From the IMG/VR virus record IMGVR_UViG_3300010376_000043, positions 1-51,765 of that record: a DNA stretch of 51,765 nucleotides; one strand, 5' to 3'. Of this stretch, positions 26,968-35,550 are shown piece after piece (position 1 is the first letter of the stretch; each line of letters starts with the position of its first letter). This DNA is from a virus (lineage: Duplodnaviria; Caudoviricetes). The notes under the pieces were generated by a model. That model was not told where the DNA came from. It worked only from the letters and a program-made list of their open reading frames with translations, and made no database searches. The position numbers were made by a program, and so were the translations under genes.

Positions 26968-27275
26968 CAGAACCCCTCCTTCGTTGTGATGGGATCGTCT
27001 TGCGACCCGGCGTTCCCTTCATTTTCCCCGCCCTTTCGGACGATCCCTGGTGCGCCGGATGTCGTGATCGGGTTGCTGTACTTTCCCTGGCTTCCCGCGT
27101 TCCCGTAGTTGTTTCGGTTCGCTAGACCGGGGCTGTTGTGGGAGAACGTGGTCGGGCCGACTGGGGTTGCGTAGCCCATCACGTCCCGAGCCTGTGTGCA
27201 CCCGCCCGAGGTCGCCCTTGGGGCTTGCGGTTTGCTTGCGTCTGGTCCGTACTCGCTGAGGATTGGTCGTGCCAT
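26967..27275 (-). CDS. Gly-rich small protein, paralog of 26556-26828
   Basis: Starts MARPILSEYGPDA; AGGAGG RBS. Confidence 0.8.
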   Translation of the reverse strand: MARPILSEYGPDASKPQAPRATSGGCTQARDVMGYATPVGPTTFSHNSPGLANRNNYGNAGSQGKYSNPITTSGAPGIVRKGGENEGNAGSQDDPITTKEGF

Positions 27276-27485
27276 TTATGGCCTCCTTGGCGCTGAGGGG
27301 GCTGTCTGTCGAGGAGGGTTTGGGGAGTGCTCCTCTTCATCGTCGCCGTCGCCGTGCTCCGGCAGCACCGGCATCGTTGCGCTCATAAGGGCGTTATGCG
27401 CGGCAGCGGTGATGTGAGCATAGGTCGGCGATTGTGAGGACAGGTCGATGATTTCAAGAAGAGTTAGTACATCTCTCGGCTTCAT
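27276..27485 (-). CDS. Hypothetical protein
   Basis: TAATG overlap; operon continuity. Confidence 0.65.
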   Translation of the reverse strand: MKPRDVLTLLEIIDLSSQSPTYAHITAAAHNALMSATMPVLPEHGDGDDEEEHSPNPPRQTAPSAPRRP

Positions 27486-27715
27486 TAGTATCTCCCTTGC
27501 GATCCACGATTGTGGGATTGCGACTTGACTGGTGGGGCTTTGTATCCCCGCCCACCATGAATGGGGTCACCACGGTAGTCGGAATCAGGCCCACTGGTAA
27601 CGTGTGAGCCTTGGCTAACGCCAAGCTGACCTACGCCACCGGGATTGATGGCGTGGGGCATTGGTTCGACCTTGCCGCCATAGCGGCCATCTCTACTCGC
27701 TCTGCCTTGTCTCAT
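27485..27715 (-). CDS. Gly-rich low-complexity small protein
   Basis: AGGAG RBS; ...SQSHNRGSQGRY. Confidence 0.7.
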   Translation of the reverse strand: MRQGRASRDGRYGGKVEPMPHAINPGGVGQLGVSQGSHVTSGPDSDYRGDPIHGGRGYKAPPVKSQSHNRGSQGRY

Positions 27716-28190
27716 CGACTATCTCCTGTTTTGGAAGGAACCGAGTGTGATCCCAACGATTGGCTGGATCTGCTGCCATCTTTCGGCGGACTTTTTCAAA
27801 GGCACCGCCAGCGGTATGGAGTTCGGTTACTAGCTGGCGGTAGCGATCGTCACAGCGCTCCATCTCACGCAAGATATGAAGGGGAGCTGGATGGCCAAGC
27901 TCCTCGTACATATAGCGGATGTCGTGGAGGTCGTGCATGTAGTTCGCAAACCTGCGCATGAACTCCGGAACCTCTTGTTCCGCGTTCTCAACCATCGCGT
28001 AGACGAACTTGCCAATCAGCTCGCGCATCAGCTTCTGCTCGCGCGCGATACGCTCAAGGACAACGTGATCATTGGCCATCTGCTGGAGTATGACGTTCGT
28101 CTGCTGCTGGAGAGCGTTTGCCTCCTTCGCTCTCTGGTTAAGCGACCCAACAAGTTCTATGATTAACTGGCGATCAAGATCTTCACTCAT
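27693..28190 (-). CDS. Hypothetical helical protein
   Basis: AGGAGGAG RBS; ATGA overlap. Confidence 0.75.
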   Translation of the reverse strand: MSEDLDRQLIIELVGSLNQRAKEANALQQQTNVILQQMANDHVVLERIAREQKLMRELIGKFVYAMVENAEQEVPEFMRRFANYMHDLHDIRYMYEELGHPAPLHILREMERCDDRYRQLVTELHTAGGAFEKVRRKMAADPANRWDHTRFLPKQEIVDETRQSE

Positions 28191-28372
28191 GATGGTGACG
28201 GCGCTCCTCCTGCTGCGATCTTACCCTTCTTCTTGCGTAAGATCCCGGTGCGTTTGTCGGCTTGGTTGAACTCTCGCGCGACTGATTGTGGTACGCCAGT
28301 GCGCCTTGCGGCGGACTTGTCGTGCGCAATCATCGCCATGAATCTCGCCTGTTTAGCTGAGGTGGAAGGCAT
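28187..28372 (-). CDS. Small basic phage protein (MPSTSAKQARFMAM type)
   Basis: AGGAG RBS; this N-terminus is of a kind often seen in phage morphogenesis regions. Confidence 0.7.
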   Translation of the reverse strand: MPSTSAKQARFMAMIAHDKSAARRTGVPQSVAREFNQADKRTGILRKKKGKIAAGGAPSPS

Positions 28373-28381
28373 CACACTCTC

Positions 28382-28876
28382 CTATCCGATAAACCATCCT
28401 GCTAAATTGCTTAATGGATATAGCCGCACTATCCCGAAGTTGACAGAAATCACAGCGCTGGACTGCGTGTCGATTGTCTGGCTACCAAACGGAAAGATGC
28501 TAATCGGAGTGGCTGTTGCAAACCCACCGTAGTCTTTGATCCACAGCGACCGGCTAAATGGAGTGTAGGGTCTATAGGCAAACGCTTGAACCCATTGCGT
28601 CACGTCTGGCAATCCGACATTGGCAGGGCCTGAGGAAATAGAAATGAGAGCAATAGAATCGAATGGAGTCAGGTTGACATTGCTAGTATAGATATTTTCT
28701 GGCAACACATAGGTCTGCACCCAACCAAGTGACGGACCCAACCACACCCTAACCGCAGTTGTTGAGACGCCCTTATCAAGATCTGCCAGGCTGCCAGCAG
28801 GTATCGGTGCGGCTAATCCTTGCGCCTGAAAACCAGTACTCTGAAACGCACTACCCTGGAAAGCCGGTGTTGTCAT
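28382..28876 (-). CDS. Putative virion decoration/fibre-associated beta protein
   Basis: N-terminal AFQGSAFQSTGFQ repeat; IKDYGG.A...PI.I...TID pattern. Confidence 0.6.
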   Translation of the reverse strand: MTTPAFQGSAFQSTGFQAQGLAAPIPAGSLADLDKGVSTTAVRVWLGPSLGWVQTYVLPENIYTSNVNLTPFDSIALISISSGPANVGLPDVTQWVQAFAYRPYTPFSRSLWIKDYGGFATATPISIFPFGSQTIDTQSSAVISVNFGIVRLYPLSNLAGWFIG

Positions 28877-29160
28877 GGTTCCAATACCTCATACGTCCGA
28901 CCAACAATCAGCGGTGCATAGTGCTTGCCTATTAGCGTCTTTAGCAAGACGATCTCTTCCATTGAAAGATCCTGCTCACCACCCTCAACGACTCTCATCG
29001 CCAGTTTGAAACGCTTTACTTTCTCATTTGCTTCCTGGTCCTTCCCATCAGGTGTAAGGAGCGCAGACGCACAGACATTGCCCACGGTCAGATCTTCATT
29101 GCCATCCTTGACAGGGACGCCTCTGGGGTCGGTAACAAGCGTTGAGAGATTTACCTTCAT
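28873..29160 (-). CDS. Hypothetical protein, possible fibre assembly chaperone
   Basis: Small helical protein right after the fibre gene; EKVKRFKLA...EEIVLLKTLIGK. Confidence 0.6.
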   Translation of the reverse strand: MKVNLSTLVTDPRGVPVKDGNEDLTVGNVCASALLTPDGKDQEANEKVKRFKLAMRVVEGGEQDLSMEEIVLLKTLIGKHYAPLIVGRTYEVLEP

Positions 29161-29169
29161 TCCATTCTC

Positions 29170-30714
29170 CTAGAAACATGGAACGTATCTGGTCGCCCCT
29201 CCGTTATCGACGAAGGTGAGCCAGGTTTGTACTGTTGTGTGTGATCCGGTTGGGCCAATGCTGCCAAGCACAGTTGCTACAGCGCCATTGGCGCTAAAGC
29301 TGCTGGCGCTATTGAAGTAGTGAATGCCTGTCTTATCGACGGCGTATTGACTCGTCCCATTAACCTGACAATCGAAGACCTTGGACAGCGCGCCGCTAGC
29401 GACGTTGATTGCATTCACGACCAAGACAGCATCCACGACGCCAGTGGTGTTCCAGCTTTGCTGAATGGTGGTACCGGCTGCAGTACTAGATCCGGTGACT
29501 CCAGACGCGCCGGGGACGATGATGGGGAAGGGCTGAATATTCGCGAGGGTGTTGCTGTTAAGAGCAAATTGGGTATTCGTGAAATGAGCAGTGTGAGTAC
29601 CGGACTGAGTCTGGCCCAAGGTGGTGACAACCTTATAGCCGTTGGCGGCGTTAGAATACCCCTGCACCAGCTGAAAAGCAGTCGCGCTAATTCCGGTCGC
29701 GATTAAATAGTAGGTTGTCCCGGCGTTGATGCCATTGGCGCCATCGCCAGGAAGGGCCCCGGTCGTGGTGAAGTTAACGCCTTGACCCGGAACGCAACCG
29801 TGTGGGGCGGTGAGGGTGATAACCGCAGGATTGGCAATCGTTATGCTAGATACTGTCCCTGTGGTGGAAAGTCCCTGGGGCTGAGCGGCGAGATTTGCGT
29901 AGACACTTCCTAGTTGGAAGTTGGATTCATTGCCAGCATCAACTTCTAATACGCCAGCAGCGTTGCGATGAAGTGAGATGTCGTAATTGCTGGAAACGTC
30001 TGCCGTCGCTCCGGAATTGGCGGTATCCCAGAACAGCCCCATCCCACTTGAGAGAATAAGTTTGAAGGCTGGGGGTCCGCCGGTTATGTTGTGACAGAAC
30101 TGGAATGATCCGGTAAAAGAGTTAGCGAAGTAAAATCCATGAAACTCATTACCGGTGATGCCTGCTGCGCCAGTGTGTGGCGTGTTGTAGACAGCTCGCA
30201 AACCATCAGTGGCGAGCCACCAAGTGTTGAAGCCTGGAGCTGCCCCAGCCAGTCCACCCCAAATTCCATCATATTTGAAAGTGGTATCCTGTAACCCCAT
30301 AGCTACGTGGGTTTGGCCACCAACCGTGTACATGGCCCAAGTGCAAGCTGTTCCACTGCCGGATGCGGCTGTGTTGGTGATGTCAATTTCGAAGATTCTT
30401 GTGAACTGGACGCTTGAGTTATTCCAAGTGCCAGCTATTCGCAGAGCCGTTAAGTCACTTGTCATGTTACCGAGTGAAAGGGTCGCTTGGCCATTCCCGA
30501 GGTAAGTAAAGCCGCTGTCGCTCGACAACGAGCTGACGCCAGCAAACACCACTTGGGTGTTAGCAAACGAAGTCGCGCCAGTACCACCTTGCGCGATCGA
30601 CGCTGCGCCGGTGAGGGTGTGGGCTGCGTTCCAGTTTGATGGTCGAACCCATTGCGGGTTTGCAGCGTCATCAGCAATCCCAGAGACGAAGGTGTGAGTG
30701 ACTGCGAGAGCCAT
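29170..30714 (-). CDS. Tail fibre or receptor-binding-like protein
   Basis: VRPSNWNAAH N-terminus, IAQGGTGAT fibre motif, ITIANPAVIT..HG...G..V.FTTTGALP domain, C-terminal RYVPCF. Confidence 0.7.
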   Translation of the reverse strand: MALAVTHTFVSGIADDAANPQWVRPSNWNAAHTLTGAASIAQGGTGATSFANTQVVFAGVSSLSSDSGFTYLGNGQATLSLGNMTSDLTALRIAGTWNNSSVQFTRIFEIDITNTAASGSGTACTWAMYTVGGQTHVAMGLQDTTFKYDGIWGGLAGAAPGFNTWWLATDGLRAVYNTPHTGAAGITGNEFHGFYFANSFTGSFQFCHNITGGPPAFKLILSSGMGLFWDTANSGATADVSSNYDISLHRNAAGVLEVDAGNESNFQLGSVYANLAAQPQGLSTTGTVSSITIANPAVITLTAPHGCVPGQGVNFTTTGALPGDGANGINAGTTYYLIATGISATAFQLVQGYSNAANGYKVVTTLGQTQSGTHTAHFTNTQFALNSNTLANIQPFPIIVPGASGVTGSSTAAGTTIQQSWNTTGVVDAVLVVNAINVASGALSKVFDCQVNGTSQYAVDKTGIHYFNSASSFSANGAVATVLGSIGPTGSHTTVQTWLTFVDNGGATRYVPCF

Positions 30715-30715
30715 G

Positions 30716-32638
30716 TTAAACTCCTGTTCCCATTAGCGTGCGCAGCGGGATTACGCCGGTCACTGGTGGTGGGGTGATCTGCGGCCAGCGCCAAGCGGGC
30801 CAATAGAGATCGGCACCTGTGCCTTGACGCAGGGTTGGGCGATCGAAGAATTGCGCGCCAGGGGGCAACGGTTGCGGTGGTACAAGGAAGAACGGCTTCC
30901 CTTGCACCATGATTTGCAGCAGTGGCTGCGGCGCTGGTGCAGGCACTGGCCAGTCGTGCTGATTGAAGGGCAGCCGGTCCTGGCCAATGAGATTGCGGTT
31001 GTAGCTCGCGGCGACGGTGTTGAGGGTTGGATCGCGCGCAGGAGGAGTTGGATTTGGCCAATCTTGCTGGTTGAATGGCTTCGCTGTAAGCGCCAGCCCG
31101 ATGGTATTGATCCACGTCTGGACCGCCTGAGCCGGAGCCTGTGGCAGTGGCCAATCGCTCTGGACGAATGGGCGTTGGACCGCAGTGAGCAGCGCGATGT
31201 TGGTCTGTTGTATCCACTCTGCTGCGCGCTGTGGAGCAGGAGTGAGGGGCCAGTCCTGTTGCCGGAAGGGAAGTTGGTCTTGGCCGATGAGGTTCTTGTT
31301 ATACTGCCATTCCCACGACCGACGGTAGTCTGGCTCTGCACCACGAGGTGCCAGATCGGTGATCTGCTTGAATAGAGTCTGAGTAAGGGCGGGTGGAGTG
31401 ACGGTCAGAGCGAGATTGACCGAGGAGATCCAAGTCTGGAATAGACGAGAGAAGTCTCTCGGGGGTAGGTCGGAAACTTGCACGCCAACTGGCAGTCGGT
31501 CTTGACCGATGAGGTTGAGGTTGTAAGAAGCTGCCCAAGTCGCATCGATGCGGTAAGGTTGGGTTGGATTGGGCCAATCGCTCTGGAAGAATGGCTTGGC
31601 GATCAGCGAATACTTTGGCAGGTCGAGCCAAGTCTGTGCTGGTGGAATTGGTAAGGTTGGGCGCTCCCAAACCTGCTCGCCGGTCGGCAAGCGATCCTTA
31701 CCAATCAGATTAAGATTATAGGACCACTCCCAAGATCGCGCCGGTGGGACAGGAAGCTGCGGACGGTCCCAATACTGATCGATCGTGACGTTGCGGACTG
31801 GTGCAGTGAGCCAGAACTTGCTGACATCGATCCAAGACGCAACGGGCACTTGCGGCTGCGGCACTACCGCCACCAAAAGCGGTCTGAATGTCGTGCCAAC
31901 AACTTGCGTGAGCGCTATGTTGGTAGGCTGTATCCAAGTCTGCGGTAGTGCGGCTGGCGTCTGCGGACGGTCGTAGACCATCTCGCCGACTGGGAAGTGG
32001 TCCTCGCCAATCAGATTAACATTGTAGGACCAAGTCCATGACGGCACTTGAGGTGGCGGGCCATCAACAACAGCCCGCAGGATTCCTCTAAATGTTGTCG
32101 CAACAGCTTGATGCAGGACATTGAAGTTCGGGAATGTCGACTGTTGCAACAGCGGTGGCGCAGGCCGGTCTGGTAGCGAACGCAAGACTGGTCGGGGCAG
32201 GAAATTCGTCGGTGGCGTCAGCGTCAACGCAGTCGAACTCTGTAGCCAAGTATAAGTTGACAGCCGTGGATAATCGCGCGGTGGCAGCTCCCAAACTTGA
32301 TCGCCGACTGGCAGACGATCTTTACCAATCAAGTTGGGATTATATCTGGCTAGCCAAGTATATTGCTCGACATTCGCTAGAGATGGACGCTGACCGGGCG
32401 CGAGGTCATAGACCTGATCGCCGACAATCATTCGGTCTTTGCCGATCAGATTGAGATTGTAAGAATAGGTCCACGATTGAAAAGCGTTTGGCGGTAGCGG
32501 TTGATCTGGTAGAGATCTCAGCGGCGGACGAAAGATGAAGGGTCCGGAGTCGACGCTGAAAATGTTATAATATTTCTGCTGCGCCCAAAAACCGACGCCA
32601 TGAAGTGCTCGACCTGATGTGCCGCCGACGCCTGTCAT
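30716..32638 (-). CDS. Pro/Trp-rich repeat protein (640 aa)
   Basis: Seven YNxNLIGxD motifs and five PFxQxDWP motifs counted in the translation. Confidence 0.8.
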   Translation of the reverse strand: MTGVGGTSGRALHGVGFWAQQKYYNIFSVDSGPFIFRPPLRSLPDQPLPPNAFQSWTYSYNLNLIGKDRMIVGDQVYDLAPGQRPSLANVEQYTWLARYNPNLIGKDRLPVGDQVWELPPRDYPRLSTYTWLQSSTALTLTPPTNFLPRPVLRSLPDRPAPPLLQQSTFPNFNVLHQAVATTFRGILRAVVDGPPPQVPSWTWSYNVNLIGEDHFPVGEMVYDRPQTPAALPQTWIQPTNIALTQVVGTTFRPLLVAVVPQPQVPVASWIDVSKFWLTAPVRNVTIDQYWDRPQLPVPPARSWEWSYNLNLIGKDRLPTGEQVWERPTLPIPPAQTWLDLPKYSLIAKPFFQSDWPNPTQPYRIDATWAASYNLNLIGQDRLPVGVQVSDLPPRDFSRLFQTWISSVNLALTVTPPALTQTLFKQITDLAPRGAEPDYRRSWEWQYNKNLIGQDQLPFRQQDWPLTPAPQRAAEWIQQTNIALLTAVQRPFVQSDWPLPQAPAQAVQTWINTIGLALTAKPFNQQDWPNPTPPARDPTLNTVAASYNRNLIGQDRLPFNQHDWPVPAPAPQPLLQIMVQGKPFFLVPPQPLPPGAQFFDRPTLRQGTGADLYWPAWRWPQITPPPVTGVIPLRTLMGTGV

Positions 32639-33672
32639 AGTTGTATCTGCGCCATTAGTGGAGGCGGTGGCCCTGCTACGCCTGGTGTGTAGATGATGAC
32701 AATAACCCCCGGCGCGCCATCGCCGCCATTGCTGGCTATTGGCGTCGTCGTGGCCGAGCCACCACCACCACCACCACCATAATTACCGCCCGCCCCACCA
32801 GTGCCGAGCGGACTTCCAGGCGTACCGCTACCGGCACCGCCAGCGCCGCCACCAGGTCCGGCACTTAATCCGTTATTGGGACCACCGGAATTATCAGTCC
32901 AATCCGTTCCTGCCCCGCCAGCACCGCCAGTCCCTGATGTACTAGCAGACGTAGAAGCGCCACCACCGCCACCACCACCGCCATTGCTGCCGCTGCCTCC
33001 ATTGGTCGGAGAAGCACCGCCAGCGCCGCCACCTCCTGCACCGGTCCCAGCACTATTATTGCCGCCGGATGCGCCAGCAGTGGTGCTGGTCGTGCCGCCA
33101 TTAGCGCCGCCCGTACCAGAACCACCGCCGCCAGAGCCGCCACCGCCAAAGCCGCCTAATGTGCCGCCGCTAGCAGCCGCGCCATTGCCGCCCGCGCCTT
33201 GCGCACCGCCTGCACCGCCGCCGCCGCCAGCCGGAATGCTGAAGGTCGCCGAACTACCGCCATTGCCGCCATTGGTGCCAGTACCACCGGAGCCGCCTGT
33301 ATTGCCGGTTTGCCCGCCACCGGCACCGCCGGTACTGTTGCCGCTACCGCCGCCTTTGCCGCCTTTAGCGACTGCGACCTGCGCACTATTGGCGTCATTG
33401 TTTAACGTCGTGTCGCCGCCCGCCGTGCCAGTCGCGCCGTGCGTGCCCGCAGTTCCTATCGCAACGGTGATGCTGTGGCCTGGCGTATAAGTCAGATTGG
33501 ACAGATGACGACATTCGCCCGCGCCTGCGCCGGAACCACCGTAGCCGCCGGATGCTGTGGTGCCATTGCCGCCGCCGCCACCACCGCCGATCACATAGAA
33601 ATCATTGGTCGATGAGAAGTCCGATGGAACGACCCAAGGCGACGCCGTGACAATGATTGTCGTGATTGCCAT
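32635..33672 (-). CDS. Glycine-rich fibre/adhesin-like protein
   Basis: IGGGGGGG...GGDGAPGVIVIIY glycine-rich domain; ends PPPPLMAQIQL. Confidence 0.8.
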   Translation of the reverse strand: MAITTIIVTASPWVVPSDFSSTNDFYVIGGGGGGGNGTTASGGYGGSGAGAGECRHLSNLTYTPGHSITVAIGTAGTHGATGTAGGDTTLNNDANSAQVAVAKGGKGGGSGNSTGGAGGGQTGNTGGSGGTGTNGGNGGSSATFSIPAGGGGGAGGAQGAGGNGAAASGGTLGGFGGGGSGGGGSGTGGANGGTTSTTAGASGGNNSAGTGAGGGGAGGASPTNGGSGSNGGGGGGGGASTSASTSGTGGAGGAGTDWTDNSGGPNNGLSAGPGGGAGGAGSGTPGSPLGTGGAGGNYGGGGGGGSATTTPIASNGGDGAPGVIVIIYTPGVAGPPPPLMAQIQL

Positions 33673-34851
33673 CTAAAAGTCCGTCGTACTCAGAGTGCTG
33701 TCCGGCAATAGAAACTTGCCGTCATCGGCATTGGTCCATGCCGGTGAACTTCCGCCATTTGGCGATGTCCCAGCCAGAACCAGCAGCTTGTTGCGTTTCC
33801 AAAGATTGCCACCGCCGCTGAACATAGTGCTGTAGTTGTTATGCAGGGGGCCAAATATCCATGGATTGTCAGTGCCGAACACGTTGTCGGTGAATGTCGT
33901 GTTGGTCATCGTGTCATTGCCGGTGGTCAGCGTAGACAGCGAGCAGTTATCACCGAACCCCGATAGGAAATTATTGATCATGGTGATGTTATTATACGCG
34001 CTGGTCACTAGTTGCCACGCCATCGCATTAGTGTTGCCGATGGTCGCAATCGTGCAATGCTGGATCAAGATGTTGCTCGGCGCTGTCGAGCCGTTCAAAT
34101 AGCCGGGGCCATCGGTATGGAAGTTTGTTGATTGTCCGGATGCGGTGACATTACAGTTGGCCGCATCGTGTATCCAACAATCGGTGACGTTGGACTGCGT
34201 ACTAACGCCGGTGGCCCAGCCGATCGCATTACCGAAACCCCAGATGTCGCAATGGTCAATCGTGATGGTTCCCGATGGCGCATTAAACGCAAAGGCAAAC
34301 TGATACGCATCATTGGCCGGGATGCAGTAGCCGCCTGTATTGGTATAAGCGGCGCTGGCAGGCACGATGCCTTGACCGGCCCCGGCAGACGGCCACGCAC
34401 CATTGGGCGGTGAGGTCCATTTGGAAATTAACGGCACTACCGAGCAGTAGGAAAAAATCAAATCAGACGAGCCGGCATTGAATAGAATGGTAACACCGGA
34501 CGATACCACCGGCCCGCCATTGTTGCTCTGAAACCGGCAGCCGACAAAACGCGCGTGGGCCACCGTTACTGTAATCGTCCCAGTGGTCGAACAATTGAAA
34601 TCATAGAACGCAAAGACCCATGGGTTGCCTGCGGTGCCCGCTCCACTGGTGGCGTTGGTGCCATCGCTGATGGTCTGCGAACCAGTGCCGCCCGGCCATG
34701 CCGTCAGGCTGCCAGGGTAGGCGCCAGGCCAACTCCCTGCGTTCCAGTTGGATGGCTGCGCTGATGGTGTTGCAGCAAACCCAACCGGATCGCCGGACTG
34801 ACCAGGAAAGCCAGAGGCACCAACTCTTGCTGATCGCCAAGGTCGATTCAA
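33673..34851 (-). CDS. Right-handed beta-helix (pectin-lyase-like) protein, possible depolymerase/RBP
   Basis: ITIDHCDIWG, VTDCWIHD, FHTDG, ILIQHCTI, FTDNVF repeats. TTG start overlaps the upstream TGA, with a GGAGA RBS. Confidence 0.7.
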   Translation of the reverse strand: MNRPWRSARVGASGFPGQSGDPVGFAATPSAQPSNWNAGSWPGAYPGSLTAWPGGTGSQTISDGTNATSGAGTAGNPWVFAFYDFNCSTTGTITVTVAHARFVGCRFQSNNGGPVVSSGVTILFNAGSSDLIFSYCSVVPLISKWTSPPNGAWPSAGAGQGIVPASAAYTNTGGYCIPANDAYQFAFAFNAPSGTITIDHCDIWGFGNAIGWATGVSTQSNVTDCWIHDAANCNVTASGQSTNFHTDGPGYLNGSTAPSNILIQHCTIATIGNTNAMAWQLVTSAYNNITMINNFLSGFGDNCSLSTLTTGNDTMTNTTFTDNVFGTDNPWIFGPLHNNYSTMFSGGGNLWKRNKLLVLAGTSPNGGSSPAWTNADDGKFLLPDSTLSTTDF

Positions 34852-35387
34852 TTTAACGATCTCCAAATGTGGAAATTGGGAATAACGGAGGGGGCGATCG
34901 AGAAGGTCACGCCCATCCACAGCGCTTGCGCAACTGACGTGTCGACCGACACTGCTGCGCCAACAGTGCCGAAGGTCACATCGGTCTCACTGGACGCCGT
35001 TCCGATTGCGCCAAGCGATTGCCAGTAGCCGTAACCAACTACAGTTGAGTTTGCGCCCGTCAGGCCAATCGAGCGAATAGTTAGCCAATAACGGAGAATG
35101 AACGGCGCGGTGGTGATCGAAGGAACGACAGTCTGCGCCGAGGATGCACCAATAGAGGTGCCGCTGATAGTCGTGCCGAAGCGTGGCGTAATGGTCAGCG
35201 TGCCTGAGGCGCCTGTCGTACAGGTGCCGCCGACTGTCAGCTCATAGACCTTGCCGGCCCTCGGCTCCATTGCGTTGATTGGCGTGAAGGCAGTGGGGAT
35301 CAGCACGGTTTCCGTGGTGGCGGTGATCGTCGTGTAGGCGGAACCAATCGGTTCAGTCAGGACGTCGCCAAAGTATTGTCTGCTCAT
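34848..35387 (-). CDS. Thr/Ser-rich beta-sandwich virion-associated protein
   Basis: Composition and context in the structural accessory block. Confidence 0.65.
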   Translation of the reverse strand: MSRQYFGDVLTEPIGSAYTTITATTETVLIPTAFTPINAMEPRAGKVYELTVGGTCTTGASGTLTITPRFGTTISGTSIGASSAQTVVPSITTAPFILRYWLTIRSIGLTGANSTVVGYGYWQSLGAIGTASSETDVTFGTVGAAVSVDTSVAQALWMGVTFSIAPSVIPNFHIWRSLN

Positions 35388-35394
35388 GGTTGGC

Positions 35395-35550
35395 CTATGT
35401 TACGATCTGAGGCATGAGAACAAAAACTTGTGCCGGCGCCGGCCCTCTCTGGTTGAGGTTGGCGATGGCCACCACGCCAGTTTGAGTATTCACCGTCTCG
35501 TTGATGGTGATAACGAAGAACGAAGTGAATAATCCTGCTTGTCTGTTCAT
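35395..35550 (-). CDS. Small protein (51 aa, not in ORF track) ending LMPQIVT
   Basis: MNRQAGLFTSFFVITINETVNTQTGVVAIANLNQRGPAPAQVFVLMPQIVT; ATGA overlap with the upstream stop. Confidence 0.6.
   Translation of the reverse strand: MNRQAGLFTSFFVITINETVNTQTGVVAIANLNQRGPAPAQVFVLMPQIVT

Noticed and set aside
30716-32638. CRISPR-like or DNA-level tandem array
   Set aside because: Repeats are conserved at protein level with synonymous variation inside one ORF; no identical DNA repeats with spacers.
32801-33490. 229-aa Pro-rich ORF on the + strand
   Set aside because: Antisense shadow of the Gly-rich gene (GGC codons read as GCC/CCG); opposite to the operon direction.
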